From an uncultured Lachnospiraceae bacterium (GTDB taxonomy: Bacteria > Bacillota > Clostridia > Lachnospirales > Lachnospiraceae): a DNA stretch of 64,000 nt. Shown piece by piece: positions 27,520-37,208 of this stretch (its first letter is position 1; each line of letters opens with the position of its first letter). The notes below the pieces were generated by a model that was not told the origin of the DNA, did no database searches, and saw nothing but the letters and a program-made list of their open reading frames with translations. The translations under genes and the position numbers were made by a program. The stretch is from positions 4,755 to 68,754 of the forward strand of contig CAJUSJ010000006.1 of assembly GCA_910588865.1 (NCBI GenBank), given 5' to 3'.

Positions 27520-27828
27520 ATGAGTTCAAAGACCAAGAAAAAGAAGAAGTCCAGTAAGTGGTACAACTGGCAGCCCAAGCGGGAGTTCAGCGAGAGGAAT
27601 CAGAAACTGATCGATGAGATGAACGCCAGGCCCAGGGATTACAGCATCATGGAGGTCTTGTCCAAGTGGCGTATGATCACCTACGGGTGGATCGTGTTTT
27701 TTCCGCCATACGGCCTGTACCGGGTGTGGTGCGGGGAATCCAATTTCCGCAGATCAGAAAAGGTTGTGTGGACTTTTATGATCATCTGTTATGTGGCATA
27801 CTTTTTGAAACTCATTCTGTTTTCATAA
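27520..27828 (+). CDS. Small membrane protein of unknown function inside the PTS operon
   Basis: Trimmed to the ATG at 27520, after GGAGGA. Lys-rich N-terminus (SKTKKKKKSSKWYNW) and two hydrophobic segments. Confidence 0.5.
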   Translation: MSSKTKKKKKSSKWYNWQPKREFSERNQKLIDEMNARPRDYSIMEVLSKWRMITYGWIVFFPPYGLYRVWCGESNFRRSEKVVWTFMIICYVAYFLKLILFS

Positions 27829-27852
27829 ATCATAAAAAAGGAGGGGTTACCC

Positions 27853-28152
27853 ATGGACGAGATGGCAATTATGAATCTGGTTGTCAACAGCGGCAACGCG
27901 AGGAGCCTTGCTCTTGAGGCTTTCCGTGATGCCAGAGCCGGCAAGTTTGAGGATGCCGAGGCAAAGTTGAAAGAAGCTGATGAGGTTCTGCTGGGCGCTC
28001 ATGAAGTTCAGACCGAGTTGATTCAGAACGAATTGAACGGTAAGGGAATTGATATTAGCCTTCTGGTTGTGCACTCCCAGGATCACCTGATGTGCGCGAT
28101 GGTTGTAATTGACCTGGTCAAAGAGATGGTTGAGATGTTGAAGACTAAATAA
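27853..28152 (+). CDS. PTS lactose/cellobiose-family EIIA
   Basis: 99 aa, all-helical. SGNARSLALEA plus a phospho-His region VVHSQDHLM. RBS AAGGAGGGG. Confidence 0.85.
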   Translation: MDEMAIMNLVVNSGNARSLALEAFRDARAGKFEDAEAKLKEADEVLLGAHEVQTELIQNELNGKGIDISLLVVHSQDHLMCAMVVIDLVKEMVEMLKTK

Positions 28153-28181
28153 TTTTCATATTTGAAAGGAGAACTATTATC

Positions 28182-28487
28182 ATGAGAAAGATTGTATTAT
28201 TATGCGCGGCAGGTATGTCCACCAGCCTTCTGGTAAACAAGATGAAAGCAGCGGCGGCAGACGACGGTTATGAGTGCGATATCGCCGCTTTCCCGGTCGC
28301 GACCGCGAAAGACCATACTGATGCTGATATTATCCTGTTGGGGCCCCAGGTTCGTTTCGCTAAAGGCAAAGTTCAGGGCGAGGTTGGCGCTGACAAGATC
28401 GTACAGGATATCGACATGCAGGCTTATGGCACTATGAATGGCAAAAAAGTAATCGCTCAGGTTAAAAAAGCTTTAGGCGACGAATAA
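28182..28487 (+). CDS. PTS lactose/cellobiose-family EIIB
   Basis: 101 aa with the active-site Cys loop KIVLLCAAGMSTSLLV. Confidence 0.85.
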   Translation: MRKIVLLCAAGMSTSLLVNKMKAAAADDGYECDIAAFPVATAKDHTDADIILLGPQVRFAKGKVQGEVGADKIVQDIDMQAYGTMNGKKVIAQVKKALGDE

Positions 28488-28822
28488 GTCACATATAGAA
28501 AGCGCAAGATAATTAAAGGCCAGGGCGAACAGAAACATCAGTCCTGGTCTTGTTCTGACATAAGCGGGCGGAATGTGCGTGGGCATGTTCTGTCGGATTC
28601 ATGAATATGGGACTAAGAGTGTGATATGAAGTTTTGAGAATCGGTAAATTTGCCAAATGGAACGTGACATGGGGGATTATTCTCCGCCAGCCCGGGAGGG
28701 GACCGGCAGGCGGTGAGGCATTCAGCGATTTATGTGATTCACTATCCAGGCGTGTTAAGGGGACGCTGGCAAGACGCACCACTGTATACATTAAGTAATG
28801 ACTTGAGGGGTATATAATAGTT

Positions 28823-29392
28823 ATGGAGAAGATACTGTATTTGATGCGGCATGGACAGACCTTGTTCAATGTAAGACGTAAGATTCAGGGAGTGTGCGAC
28901 GCGCCTCTGACGGAACTGGGAATTCAGCAGGCCAAGAGAGCTGCCGGGTATTTCGCGGATCAACGGATTGAATTTGACCATGCTTATTCTTCTACATCAG
29001 AGCGAGCCTGTGATACGCTGGAACTTGTTAGAGATATGGATTACAAGAGGGTAAAGGGGTTAAAAGAGTGGAATTTCGGTGTCTTCGAGGGGGAGAGCGA
29101 AGACCTGAATCCAAAACTTCCTTATGGGGATTTTTTTAAAGCTTATGGTGGTGAGGGGGAGACGGAAGTGCGGGAGCGCATGAACCGGACCTTGACCGAG
29201 ATTATGGAGCGTGATGGGCATCAGACCGTACTGGCTGTATCCCATGGCGCTTCCTGCAGACAGTTCATGAGATACTGGGAACACACCAGTGATGTGCGGC
29301 CTAACGGACGTCTCGGGAACTGCTGCATCCTGAAATTTAAGTATAAGGACGGAGTGTTTGAACTGTTGGAGATCGTGAACCCGAATCCGTAG
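28823..29392 (+). CDS. Histidine phosphatase (phosphoglycerate mutase-like) family protein
   Basis: LYLMRHGQTLFN (RHG motif) and a downstream LAVSHGAS. Confidence 0.8.
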   Translation: MEKILYLMRHGQTLFNVRRKIQGVCDAPLTELGIQQAKRAAGYFADQRIEFDHAYSSTSERACDTLELVRDMDYKRVKGLKEWNFGVFEGESEDLNPKLPYGDFFKAYGGEGETEVRERMNRTLTEIMERDGHQTVLAVSHGASCRQFMRYWEHTSDVRPNGRLGNCCILKFKYKDGVFELLEIVNPNP

Positions 29393-29416
29393 GGAGACAG
29401 TTGGACATTTCGTGTG

Positions 29417-29446
29417 AAAATGCCGCGGAGCAACCGCGGCATTTTT
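29417..29446 (+). terminator. Rho-independent terminator
   Basis: AAAATGCCGCGG-agcaa-CCGCGGCATTTTT: 9-bp GC-rich stem plus A/T extension. Confidence 0.8.
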
Positions 29447-29447
29447 G

Positions 29448-29514
29448 TTGTAGACGGGGCGGAGAGGAAGATAGCCGCTAAAGCGGCCCCGCCCCGGCAC
29501 GGCGAATAGGGGGA
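29448..29514 (+). repeat. GC-rich hairpin element, copy B (REP-like)
   Basis: TGTAGACGGGGCGGAGAGGAAGATAGCCGCTAAAGCGGCCCCGCCCCGGCACGGCGAATAGGGGGAA. Shares the blocks ACGGGGCGGA, GCGGCCCCGCCCC, GCACGGCGA and TAGGGGG with copy A. Confidence 0.7.
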
Positions 29515-29523
29515 AGGGCCTGC

Positions 29524-29552
29524 TTGACGGATGGGGAGAACCGTGTTAGAAT
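29524..29552 (+). promoter_or_regulatory. Sigma-A-like promoter for the HAD phosphatase gene
   Basis: TTGACG (29524-29529), a 17-nt spacer, then TAGAAT (29547-29552) with a TGn extension. Confidence 0.5.
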
Positions 29553-29587
29553 ACGCCTTGAGATTTTTTGGACAGAGGGAGAGGATC

Positions 29588-30436
29588 ATGGGCAAGTATT
29601 TATTTTTTGACATAGACGGGACTCTTGCGGGAAAGTCCAGGCGGATCACCGAGAAAACCAGATGGGCCGCTGGACGGGCCAGGGAAAAGGGGCATAAGGT
29701 ATTTTTGTGTACAGGCAGGGTGCCGGCCTCCATTGTGGGGGATGCGGCGGAGATGGAAGTTGACGGGATTGTCAGCGGAGCGGGAAGCTTTGTGGAGATT
29801 GGCGGAAGGTATGTTTTTGAACACTATATGGACCCCAGGCTCACCTATGAGGTTATGGAATTATTCAGGAAGAACGGGCTTTTGTTTACCCTGGAGACCA
29901 GGGATATGATCTATCAGACGCCAGGGGCCAGTGAGTTTTTTGAGGAGAGGACCATGGAGCGGATCCAGGAGAATCCGGAGCTGACGCGATATCATGAGCA
30001 GGTCCGCAGGGGGCAGAACCTGAAGTCCATAGAGGAATTTGATATTACCAGGACAAAAGTGGCCAAGATGTGCTTCATAGCCAGGGAGAGAGGAAGGCTG
30101 GAGGCCTGCCTTCCCTTTTTGGAAGAGCATTTTAATGTTGTTATTTTCTCCAGGGACAGTGATTCCTTTGTAAACGGGGAGATCATCCTCAAAGGCTGCA
30201 CAAAAGGGGATGGCATCCGAAAGGTCATGGAGTATTTCCAGGGAGACATGAAAGACACGGTTGGATTTGGAGACAGCATGAATGATTATCAGATGCTGGA
30301 GACAGTCAGCACCAGCGTGGTCTTTAAGGACGCGCCGGAGAAGGTGAAGGCCCTGGGGCAGTATTATTTTGAGGAGCCTGACCAGGACGGGATCTATGAG
30401 ATTATGATCCGGCTGGGACTGGTGGACAGCATATAG
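29588..30436 (+). CDS. Cof-type HAD-IIB family phosphatase
   Basis: Trimmed to the ATG at 29588. Motif I is LFFDIDGTL; motif IV is GFGDSMNDYQM. Confidence 0.85.
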   Translation: MGKYLFFDIDGTLAGKSRRITEKTRWAAGRAREKGHKVFLCTGRVPASIVGDAAEMEVDGIVSGAGSFVEIGGRYVFEHYMDPRLTYEVMELFRKNGLLFTLETRDMIYQTPGASEFFEERTMERIQENPELTRYHEQVRRGQNLKSIEEFDITRTKVAKMCFIARERGRLEACLPFLEEHFNVVIFSRDSDSFVNGEIILKGCTKGDGIRKVMEYFQGDMKDTVGFGDSMNDYQMLETVSTSVVFKDAPEKVKALGQYYFEEPDQDGIYEIMIRLGLVDSI

Positions 30437-30462
30437 ATGAAAAAATAAAGGAGACAAGCAAG

Positions 30463-31158
30463 ATGATTGGAATTATCGGGGCCATGAGCCAGGAGGTGGC
30501 CAATTTAAAGGAAGCCATGGACAATGTGAAGGTGGAAGAGACGGCAGGCATGGAATTTTTCCAGGGAACCATAAAAGGCAGGGAGGCGGTTGTGGTAAGG
30601 TCGGGAATCGGTAAGGTTAACGGCGCGGTGTGCGGCCAGATCCTTGCGGACCATTACCATGTGGACGCCATTATCAACACGGGAATCGCGGGTTCCCTGA
30701 GAAATGAGATCAATATCGGGGACATTGTTCTCTCCAGGGATACCCTGCAGCACGATATGGATGCGACGGGCTTTGGTTACCCGGTGGGACAGATCCCTCA
30801 GATGGAGAAGTCTGTGTTTGAGGGGGATCAGGCCCTCATTGAGGCGGCAAAGGAGTGCTGCGCCAGGGTGGTGCCGGAGATCGGAGTCCATGTGGGGCGG
30901 GTGGTCAGCGGCGACCAGTTTGTGTCTGACAAGGCGAAAAAAGCGTGGCTCGCTGAGACTTTTGGCGGATATTGTACGGAAATGGAGGGCGCGGCCATTG
31001 CCCAGGCGGCGTGGCTCAATCACATTCCATTTCTGATCATCCGGGCTATTTCAGACAAGGCGGATGACAGTGCGGAGATGGATTATGAAGAGTTTGAGGC
31101 CAAGGCCATTGAACACAGCGTGAAGCTGGTGCTGGCTCTCCTTGAGAAAGTGGCTTAA
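30463..31158 (+). CDS. mtnN: 5'-methylthioadenosine/S-adenosylhomocysteine nucleosidase
   Basis: MIGIIGAMSQEV, CTEMEGAAIAQ and IRAISDKADD. Confidence 0.9.
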   Translation: MIGIIGAMSQEVANLKEAMDNVKVEETAGMEFFQGTIKGREAVVVRSGIGKVNGAVCGQILADHYHVDAIINTGIAGSLRNEINIGDIVLSRDTLQHDMDATGFGYPVGQIPQMEKSVFEGDQALIEAAKECCARVVPEIGVHVGRVVSGDQFVSDKAKKAWLAETFGGYCTEMEGAAIAQAAWLNHIPFLIIRAISDKADDSAEMDYEEFEAKAIEHSVKLVLALLEKVA

Positions 31159-31285
31159 GTTCATCTGCGATTTGAAGGATAATTTGACGAGCGATTCTAG
31201 GCTCCCTGAACTTCCCAAATGAAAATCCGGCGGTTATAATAAAGACCGTCCAAAAATCATTTTTGAGAAGAAAGGGGAGCTTTTT

Positions 31286-32239
31286 ATGTTGCTGGAGTTT
31301 TTAGAGACAGGAAATGCCCTGTATGTGCTGGCGGCCGCGTGTTTTCTGGGGCTGGCCGGCAGGCTGACAGCCCGAAACATTTACAAAAGAATGATGAAAG
31401 AAACCGATAACATGACACTGACAAAAAACCGCTATCTGAGAGATTTAAAACAGAAGACGGAGAACGCTTACCGACTGAACCAGGGGATCCGCGACAGCAG
31501 GGTGTATCTGGAAAAGCAGCTGAGTACATATCGTTTTTTGGGAATCACTCTGAGCGGTTGGGGAAGCTTCGGAGGACAGATGACCGTGCTGTGCTTCCTT
31601 CTTGGAGGAGCGGCGGCTTTTGGGGCTTACTGGTACCGCTGTGACAGCTATTACATCGTGCTGTATGGTTCTATGGGGATTCTGGCGGGGCTGGTAACCA
31701 TGGTGGCGGACTACTGGGCCAACCTGGGGGAGGGGAAACAGCAGCTTCTCAATTCCCTTCAGGATTATATGGAAAATTCTCTTTTTAACCGTCTGGCGCG
31801 GGAGACAGCCTCCGCTGCCGTTGAGGAGGGCAGGCGGGACAACGTTAGGGAACGGGCGGGAGAAAGGAGAAACCGCTTAGACAGTCCTGCCCGGTCCATG
31901 GCGGGGCAGACGGCAAATGGGGAGGAGGCTAAAAAGAATCCTTCCGGGGTTTTGGACCGCAAGGAAGAGGATGACGACGACATGGACTTTGCTCCCCAGG
32001 ATCTGGAGACCGTGGGCCGGGGCCAGAGGCGGGGGAGCCGTATGGATAGGAGAGCCAAAGAAAACGACGGCCCTAAGGAGGGCGACAAGAGCCGGAGAGA
32101 CGTGGATTATCTGAAGACAAGCTTAGAACAGATCGCGGCCAGCCGGGAGAGGAACCGGATGGATGGCGACTGGGTGAAGGACATGTCCCAGGATGAGCTG
32201 GAGCTGGTGGGACAGATCCTCCGGCAGTATCTGACATGA
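31286..32239 (+). CDS. Membrane protein of unknown function with a highly charged C-terminal half
   Basis: 317 aa. RBS AAGGGGAG. Three or four hydrophobic segments, then an Arg/Glu/Asp-rich tail. Confidence 0.55.
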   Translation: MLLEFLETGNALYVLAAACFLGLAGRLTARNIYKRMMKETDNMTLTKNRYLRDLKQKTENAYRLNQGIRDSRVYLEKQLSTYRFLGITLSGWGSFGGQMTVLCFLLGGAAAFGAYWYRCDSYYIVLYGSMGILAGLVTMVADYWANLGEGKQQLLNSLQDYMENSLFNRLARETASAAVEEGRRDNVRERAGERRNRLDSPARSMAGQTANGEEAKKNPSGVLDRKEEDDDDMDFAPQDLETVGRGQRRGSRMDRRAKENDGPKEGDKSRRDVDYLKTSLEQIAASRERNRMDGDWVKDMSQDELELVGQILRQYLT

Positions 32240-32437
32240 CGAATCACGAAAAGTCTCGCCAAGTTGAAAAAACTATGATATAATTTAAAGAAACCCGGGC
32301 ATGGTTTTGTCCGCGGTATTGTGGGCTGTCTGTGAGGCGCGAACTGGCCTGACCGGACCGCCCTGTACCAGACCCCGATCTCTCCGCGGAGGGACCGGGG
32401 TTTCCTGGCTCAAAGAAAAATACAGGAGGCGAAGACC

Positions 32438-32704
32438 ATGTTCCGTATGTGGGGAAAGCTGATAAAAAACAATCGTCTGCTGGACGACACCACCATTTGT
32501 ATAGGAGATTACAGCTTAAGCCGTACCCAGATGGTGTTTCAGGCATTGGATGAGATGTGCTATTATTTTGATCTGGGAAAACCGATCTGGCTGGATTCCA
32601 ATGTGCGAGATTTTCAGCTTCACGACAAGACCCGCTTTAAGCAGGACAATTTTATCGAACCTATTGAATTTGATTTTCTGGAGATCCAGGTGATTGAGGA
32701 ATGA
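32438..32704 (+). CDS. Small conserved-looking hypothetical protein
   Basis: 88 aa. RBS ACAGGAGG. No recognisable motif. Confidence 0.5.
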   Translation: MFRMWGKLIKNNRLLDDTTICIGDYSLSRTQMVFQALDEMCYYFDLGKPIWLDSNVRDFQLHDKTRFKQDNFIEPIEFDFLEIQVIEE

Positions 32705-32804
32705 TGGAGGTTATTGCCAATACTTTTTATTGTAAAGCCGCCTTTTAGGAGTTATAATATTTCTATCAGGAAACGCATGCGGCTGTGCCAAGGAGGAAGG
32801 GTGA

Positions 32805-33896
32805 ATGGGTCAGGCCATTACGGATTACGGGACGTTTTTGATGGAAGCCAAGCAGGCAGTGACGGATTTGAGGGACATGGAACAGAGGGAGACAGCTTTG
32901 TCCTCCCAGTTAAAGCAGAGCCGCCGGCAGCTGGAGGCAGAGGAGAAAGCGTTGGCGGACCGGATCAGCCAGACCGTGAGGCGGCGGGCTTCTGATATCG
33001 CTGCCAGCTATGACAAGGAGCTTGGGAAAGGCCAGGAACAGTTAAAGAAGGCAAAGGCCAGGAGGGAGAAAGCCAAGAGCCAGGGGATCCGGGAGCGGAT
33101 CGCCGAGGAGACGGCTGCCCTCAGGGAGGAAAACCGTCAGTTAAAGCTCCGGTTAAAGACCATTTTCCAGCAGAACCATGTGCCCGCGTTTTGCCGGGGC
33201 AGCTGGTATTACCGCCTGTTCTCCCCGAAGAGGATAGGGGAATACAGCTCTCTTCTGCTGGTGCTTCTGGTGTGCTTTTTTGTCATCCCATATGGAAGTT
33301 ATCTGCTGATACCGGAACACAAGCCTTTGCATCTGGTGCTGATCTATCTGGCGTGCATCCTGGTGTTCGGGGGCTTGTATGTGGTGGTGGGAAACCGGAC
33401 CAGGGACAGCTATGCCGCCACCATCAGGGAGGGGCGGCAGATCCGGGACCAGCTTCATGTCAATAGGAAGAAGATCAAGAGGATCACCAGGGACATCAAA
33501 AGAGATAAAAACGAGGCCATCTACAATCTCCAGAAGCATGACGATGAGATCGCCCGCATTGAGCAGATGATGTCCGAGACAGCCGCAAAGAAGAGCGAGG
33601 CCTTAAATACCTTTGAGTCTGTGACCAAAAACATTATCACAGACGAGATCACTGCCGGCAGCAGGGATAAGATCGACCTTCTCAGGGAGACCTGCGAATT
33701 CCAGGAGGGCGAATTGAAGCGGCTGCGGGAAGAGGTGAAGACGAAGAACCTGTTTATCACTGACAAGTACGGCGCTTATCTGGGGAAGGAGTTTCTGACC
33801 CCGGCCCGCCTGGACGCCCTTATGGACATTATGCAAAACGGGGTGGCGGTGAACTTGAGCGAAGCGATGGATGAATATAGAAAACAGCACGCATAA
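32805..33896 (+). CDS. Coiled-coil membrane protein of unknown function
   Basis: 363 aa. RBS AAGGAGGA. Charged heptad-like N- and C-regions flank two TM segments (LLLVLLVCFFVIPYGSYLLI, LVLIYLACILVFGGLYVVV). Confidence 0.55.
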   Translation: MGQAITDYGTFLMEAKQAVTDLRDMEQRETALSSQLKQSRRQLEAEEKALADRISQTVRRRASDIAASYDKELGKGQEQLKKAKARREKAKSQGIRERIAEETAALREENRQLKLRLKTIFQQNHVPAFCRGSWYYRLFSPKRIGEYSSLLLVLLVCFFVIPYGSYLLIPEHKPLHLVLIYLACILVFGGLYVVVGNRTRDSYAATIREGRQIRDQLHVNRKKIKRITRDIKRDKNEAIYNLQKHDDEIARIEQMMSETAAKKSEALNTFESVTKNIITDEITAGSRDKIDLLRETCEFQEGELKRLREEVKTKNLFITDKYGAYLGKEFLTPARLDALMDIMQNGVAVNLSEAMDEYRKQHA

Positions 33897-33947
33897 TCAA
33901 AAGAAACCTGGTCTATAATATGACTAAGAATGAAGACCAGGTGAGAC

Positions 33948-34550
33948 ATGATGAGCGTATGGAAACGGATGGCTCCCTTGAGACAGAGGGAGCTTTATTA
34001 TTATGATACAAACCAGGAATTTGAGTCAGCGGATCTGGCTGCCAGATTATATATGATGATCCGGGAGGAGTTGGACAGGAGCGGAAAGGATCAGGTTCTT
34101 TTGCTGTGCATTGGCACGGACCGCTCCACAGGGGACAGTCTGGGGCCATTGATCGGATACCAGCTGAGGAACCGGGGGCTGAAGCACATCCGGGTTCTGG
34201 GAACATTAAACCGCCCGGTTCACGCCATGAATCTGGAGGACACCCTGAGCCTGGTGGAGCGGTATTACCAGGACCACTTGATCATCGCGGTGGATGCCTC
34301 GGTGGGGATGAATGACCACATTGGGTGTATAACCCTTGGCCGGGGATCTTTAAAGCCAGGTCTTGGAGTCAGCAAGGAGCTTAGGTCTGTGGGGGATCTG
34401 TTTATCACGGGGATCGTCAGCGGAAGCGGCAGCTATGACCCGGTGATGCTCCAGAGCATACGTTTAAGCGTTGTCATGAGGATGGCGGAGTGCATCAGCG
34501 AGAGCGTGTGCCTTGTCGAAAAATTATGGGAATCCATGGCCCTCGTTTGA
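33948..34550 (+). CDS. yyaC: Sporulation protein YyaC family (putative spore protease)
   Basis: LLLCIGTDRSTGDSLGPLIGYQL is the family signature as I recall it. Confidence 0.7.
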   Translation: MMSVWKRMAPLRQRELYYYDTNQEFESADLAARLYMMIREELDRSGKDQVLLLCIGTDRSTGDSLGPLIGYQLRNRGLKHIRVLGTLNRPVHAMNLEDTLSLVERYYQDHLIIAVDASVGMNDHIGCITLGRGSLKPGLGVSKELRSVGDLFITGIVSGSGSYDPVMLQSIRLSVVMRMAECISESVCLVEKLWESMALV

Positions 34551-34618
34551 CATTTTTCGCGTAAATATCGTGTTATGATTTTTCTTATCGGAAAGAAGAA
34601 TGATAGCGGGGTGAGCCT

Positions 34619-35857
34619 ATGGGAGAATTATATAATCCATTTCCCAAGCTGCCGAAAAATATCAGGCAGATCGGGGAAAGAGACCAGTCAGTCAGGCTGT
34701 ATGTGGAAGACTATGTGAATACGTATCTGAAACGCCTTTATCCAAGAGGTGGACAAGACTTAAAAGCAGGGCTTTTGCTGGGAAACGCGGAGGAGCATGA
34801 GGGAACACCGTATCTGTTTGTGGACGGTGCCCTGGAGATGGAAGATGTGACAGAAAGCGGGGAAAAGGTGGCGTTTACAGAAGCTGCCTGGAAGAAGGCC
34901 TACCAGAACATGGAACAGATGTTTCCAAAACGGGTGATACTGGGATGGTTCCTGTGCGGTATGCCGGGGAGCGCCTTAAGCCCGCTAAATTACTGGAAAC
35001 AGCACGGCCAGTATTTTGCGGGAAAAAATCAGCTGATGTATCTGAATTTTGGCCTGGAAGGAGAAGAAGCCGTATATGTGACATCAGAGGATGGCTTCTA
35101 TAAGCTGCGGGGCTACAGCATCTATTATGAGCGCAACCAGATGATGCAGGATTACATGATCCAGAGAAAAGACGCCCGCCGGGTGGAGTCCGGCACAGGG
35201 GATGCGGTGATACGGGATTTCCGCCAGAGGATGGAGGAAAATAAAACCCAGGCGATATCCAGGAGAGGAACCATAAGGGTTCTGGGGAGCCTGTGCAGCG
35301 CCCTGTCCATTGTGGTCCTGGCCGGTGGCGTGGTGATGTTCAACAATTATGAGAAAATGCAGGAGATGGAATCGGTGCTGACCTCCGCTCTCCCGGTGGC
35401 GGGAAGAGAGAGACAGGAGACCGGAGCCCTGGGACAAAAGGGCGGGGATCTGGACAGCGAAGGGGACAGTGAGGTGATCGTGGAACAGGCAAAAAACCAG
35501 ATTTCGCCAACCATACCTCCGGAGACCATGTCTCCTACATATCCGGATGAGACAGAAGGGGTGTCTGAAGTACAGGTCAATATGGGACAGGCTGAGGCAG
35601 TTACGGAGCCAGCGGTGACCCAGACCAGCCCTGAGCCGGAGACCGCTCCGCCCACAAAAGCCCCGGCGGAAGAGACCGAGGCGGCAGCGGAGGTTTCGGC
35701 AAACCCCATCACCTACCAGGTTCAGGATGGGGAGACGCTGTACAGCATCTGCCTGAAAGTCTATGGCAGTCTCAGCAGAGTAGGGGAGGTCTGTGAACTG
35801 AATGGCCTGGAAAATCCGGACAAGATCATTTCAGGACAGAAATTGATTCTTCCGTAA
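34619..35857 (+). CDS. LysM-domain membrane protein
   Basis: C-terminal LysM (YQVQDGETLYSICLKVYG...NGLENPDKIISGQKLILP), a central TM (LGSLCSALSIVVLAGGVVMF) and a Pro/Thr/Glu-rich linker. Confidence 0.75.
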   Translation: MGELYNPFPKLPKNIRQIGERDQSVRLYVEDYVNTYLKRLYPRGGQDLKAGLLLGNAEEHEGTPYLFVDGALEMEDVTESGEKVAFTEAAWKKAYQNMEQMFPKRVILGWFLCGMPGSALSPLNYWKQHGQYFAGKNQLMYLNFGLEGEEAVYVTSEDGFYKLRGYSIYYERNQMMQDYMIQRKDARRVESGTGDAVIRDFRQRMEENKTQAISRRGTIRVLGSLCSALSIVVLAGGVVMFNNYEKMQEMESVLTSALPVAGRERQETGALGQKGGDLDSEGDSEVIVEQAKNQISPTIPPETMSPTYPDETEGVSEVQVNMGQAEAVTEPAVTQTSPEPETAPPTKAPAEETEAAAEVSANPITYQVQDGETLYSICLKVYGSLSRVGEVCELNGLENPDKIISGQKLILP

Positions 35858-35922
35858 TCAGAAATGGTGTGGTATACTGTCCATAGAAAGAGTGGGCAGC
35901 TGCCTGTACGGGAGAACCAAAG

Positions 35923-37197
35923 ATGACAGATATGAGTTCCATGAACAGAGAAACGAAAAAGAAGCATTTGCGCAGCCGGGTCATCACCCCCAACCGCCCT
36001 CCAGCGCCGGATCCCCAGGAATCCAGCGAGGAGATCGTAGAAAAGGCGGAGCGGCGGGTTCGACACCGCCGTCTGATCCTTCTTCTTGTTCTTCTGGTGT
36101 TGATCACGGTCATTTCCATTGCCTACTATTGGTACCAGAGGAGATATCAGTACAAAGAAGCGACGGTGGGCTGGGAACGCCGATATGAGAGGGATGAGGC
36201 GGGTTTTGTGCAGTATCAGTCCTTTTTGGACAACCTGATACGATACAGCAAGGATGGCGCGTCCTACATAGACGCTAATGGGAAGGATGTGTGGGTTCAG
36301 CCATATGAGATACGGGATCCTATTATTGCTGTCAACGGCGGTTATGCGGCCATAGCCGACAGGCAGGGAAACCACATTTATATATTTGACAAAAACGGCC
36401 TTTTGGGAACCGCCACCACGGTTCTTCCTGTGATGAAGATTACAATTTCCGCCAAAGGCCTGGTGTCCGCCATATTGGAGGGGCCTACCACCAGCCATAT
36501 CTACTATTATACAAAGGAGGGGGTGGAGATGAGTATCTGGCTTACCGGATTTTTAAACGGTGAGATCGGCTATCCTTTAGACATCAGTCTGTCCCCTGAC
36601 GGAAAAATCCTTATGGGCTCTTTTACTTATCTGAAAGGAGGAAGACTGAAAAACAGGGTAGCGTTTTACAATTTCTCCGAGGTGGGAAAGAATGTGCCCG
36701 ACCGTTTTGTGGGCGGTTTTCATGAGATGTATGACGAGAGCATGATACCTAAGGTATGTTACCTGGATAACATTTATTCCGTGGCATTCGCCGACAGCAG
36801 CATTTCTTTTTACAGCTCCCTGGATGTTATGTCTCCGGTGCTGCTGAAACAGATTCCTGTGGAGGAGGAGATCAGGACCGTTTTCTATGGGGGACAGTAT
36901 GCGGGCATTATCGTGGATAACCAGTCAGGCCAGGAGGATTACCGTCTGGACTTGTACTCGGCGGAAGGAAATCACATATTTAGCAGGGATTTCAGCTATG
37001 AGTATGAGCATGTGGATATTGACGGAGATAATATCTTTTTGTATAATGAAGACTCATGCAGGATTTATAATCGTTTTGGAAACCTAAAATACGAAGGCGC
37101 ATTTGATTTCCCGGTCTCCTCGATACGGGGCGGGGATCTCCCTAACGAGATCATCGCGGCAGGACCCCAGGCAGTCAAAGAGATTAAACTACATTAG
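35923..37197 (+). CDS. Membrane-anchored protein of unknown function (DUF5711-like from memory; repeat/beta-rich ectodomain)
   Basis: 424 aa. Charged N-terminus, a single TM ([20 protein letters not shown]), then a Tyr/Gly-rich beta-type region. Confidence 0.45.
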   Translation: MTDMSSMNRETKKKHLRSRVITPNRPPAPDPQESSEEIVEKAERRVRHRRLILLLVLLVLITVISIAYYWYQRRYQYKEATVGWERRYERDEAGFVQYQSFLDNLIRYSKDGASYIDANGKDVWVQPYEIRDPIIAVNGGYAAIADRQGNHIYIFDKNGLLGTATTVLPVMKITISAKGLVSAILEGPTTSHIYYYTKEGVEMSIWLTGFLNGEIGYPLDISLSPDGKILMGSFTYLKGGRLKNRVAFYNFSEVGKNVPDRFVGGFHEMYDESMIPKVCYLDNIYSVAFADSSISFYSSLDVMSPVLLKQIPVEEEIRTVFYGGQYAGIIVDNQSGQEDYRLDLYSAEGNHIFSRDFSYEYEHVDIDGDNIFLYNEDSCRIYNRFGNLKYEGAFDFPVSSIRGGDLPNEIIAAGPQAVKEIKLH

Positions 37198-37208
37198 GAG
37201 GCATACCA

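Noticed and set aside
32290-32404. Structured leader tested as SRP RNA, 6S RNA or a known riboswitch
   Set aside because: It lacks the SRP domain IV GGAA/AGCAGC signature, is too short for 6S RNA, and shows no recognisable riboswitch core by eye. It is retained only as an unclassified structured leader.
35761-36498. 245-aa minus-strand ORF spanning the LysM gene end and the next gene start
   Set aside because: It overlaps two well-supported plus-strand genes with proper ribosome-binding sites, and its composition is low-complexity.
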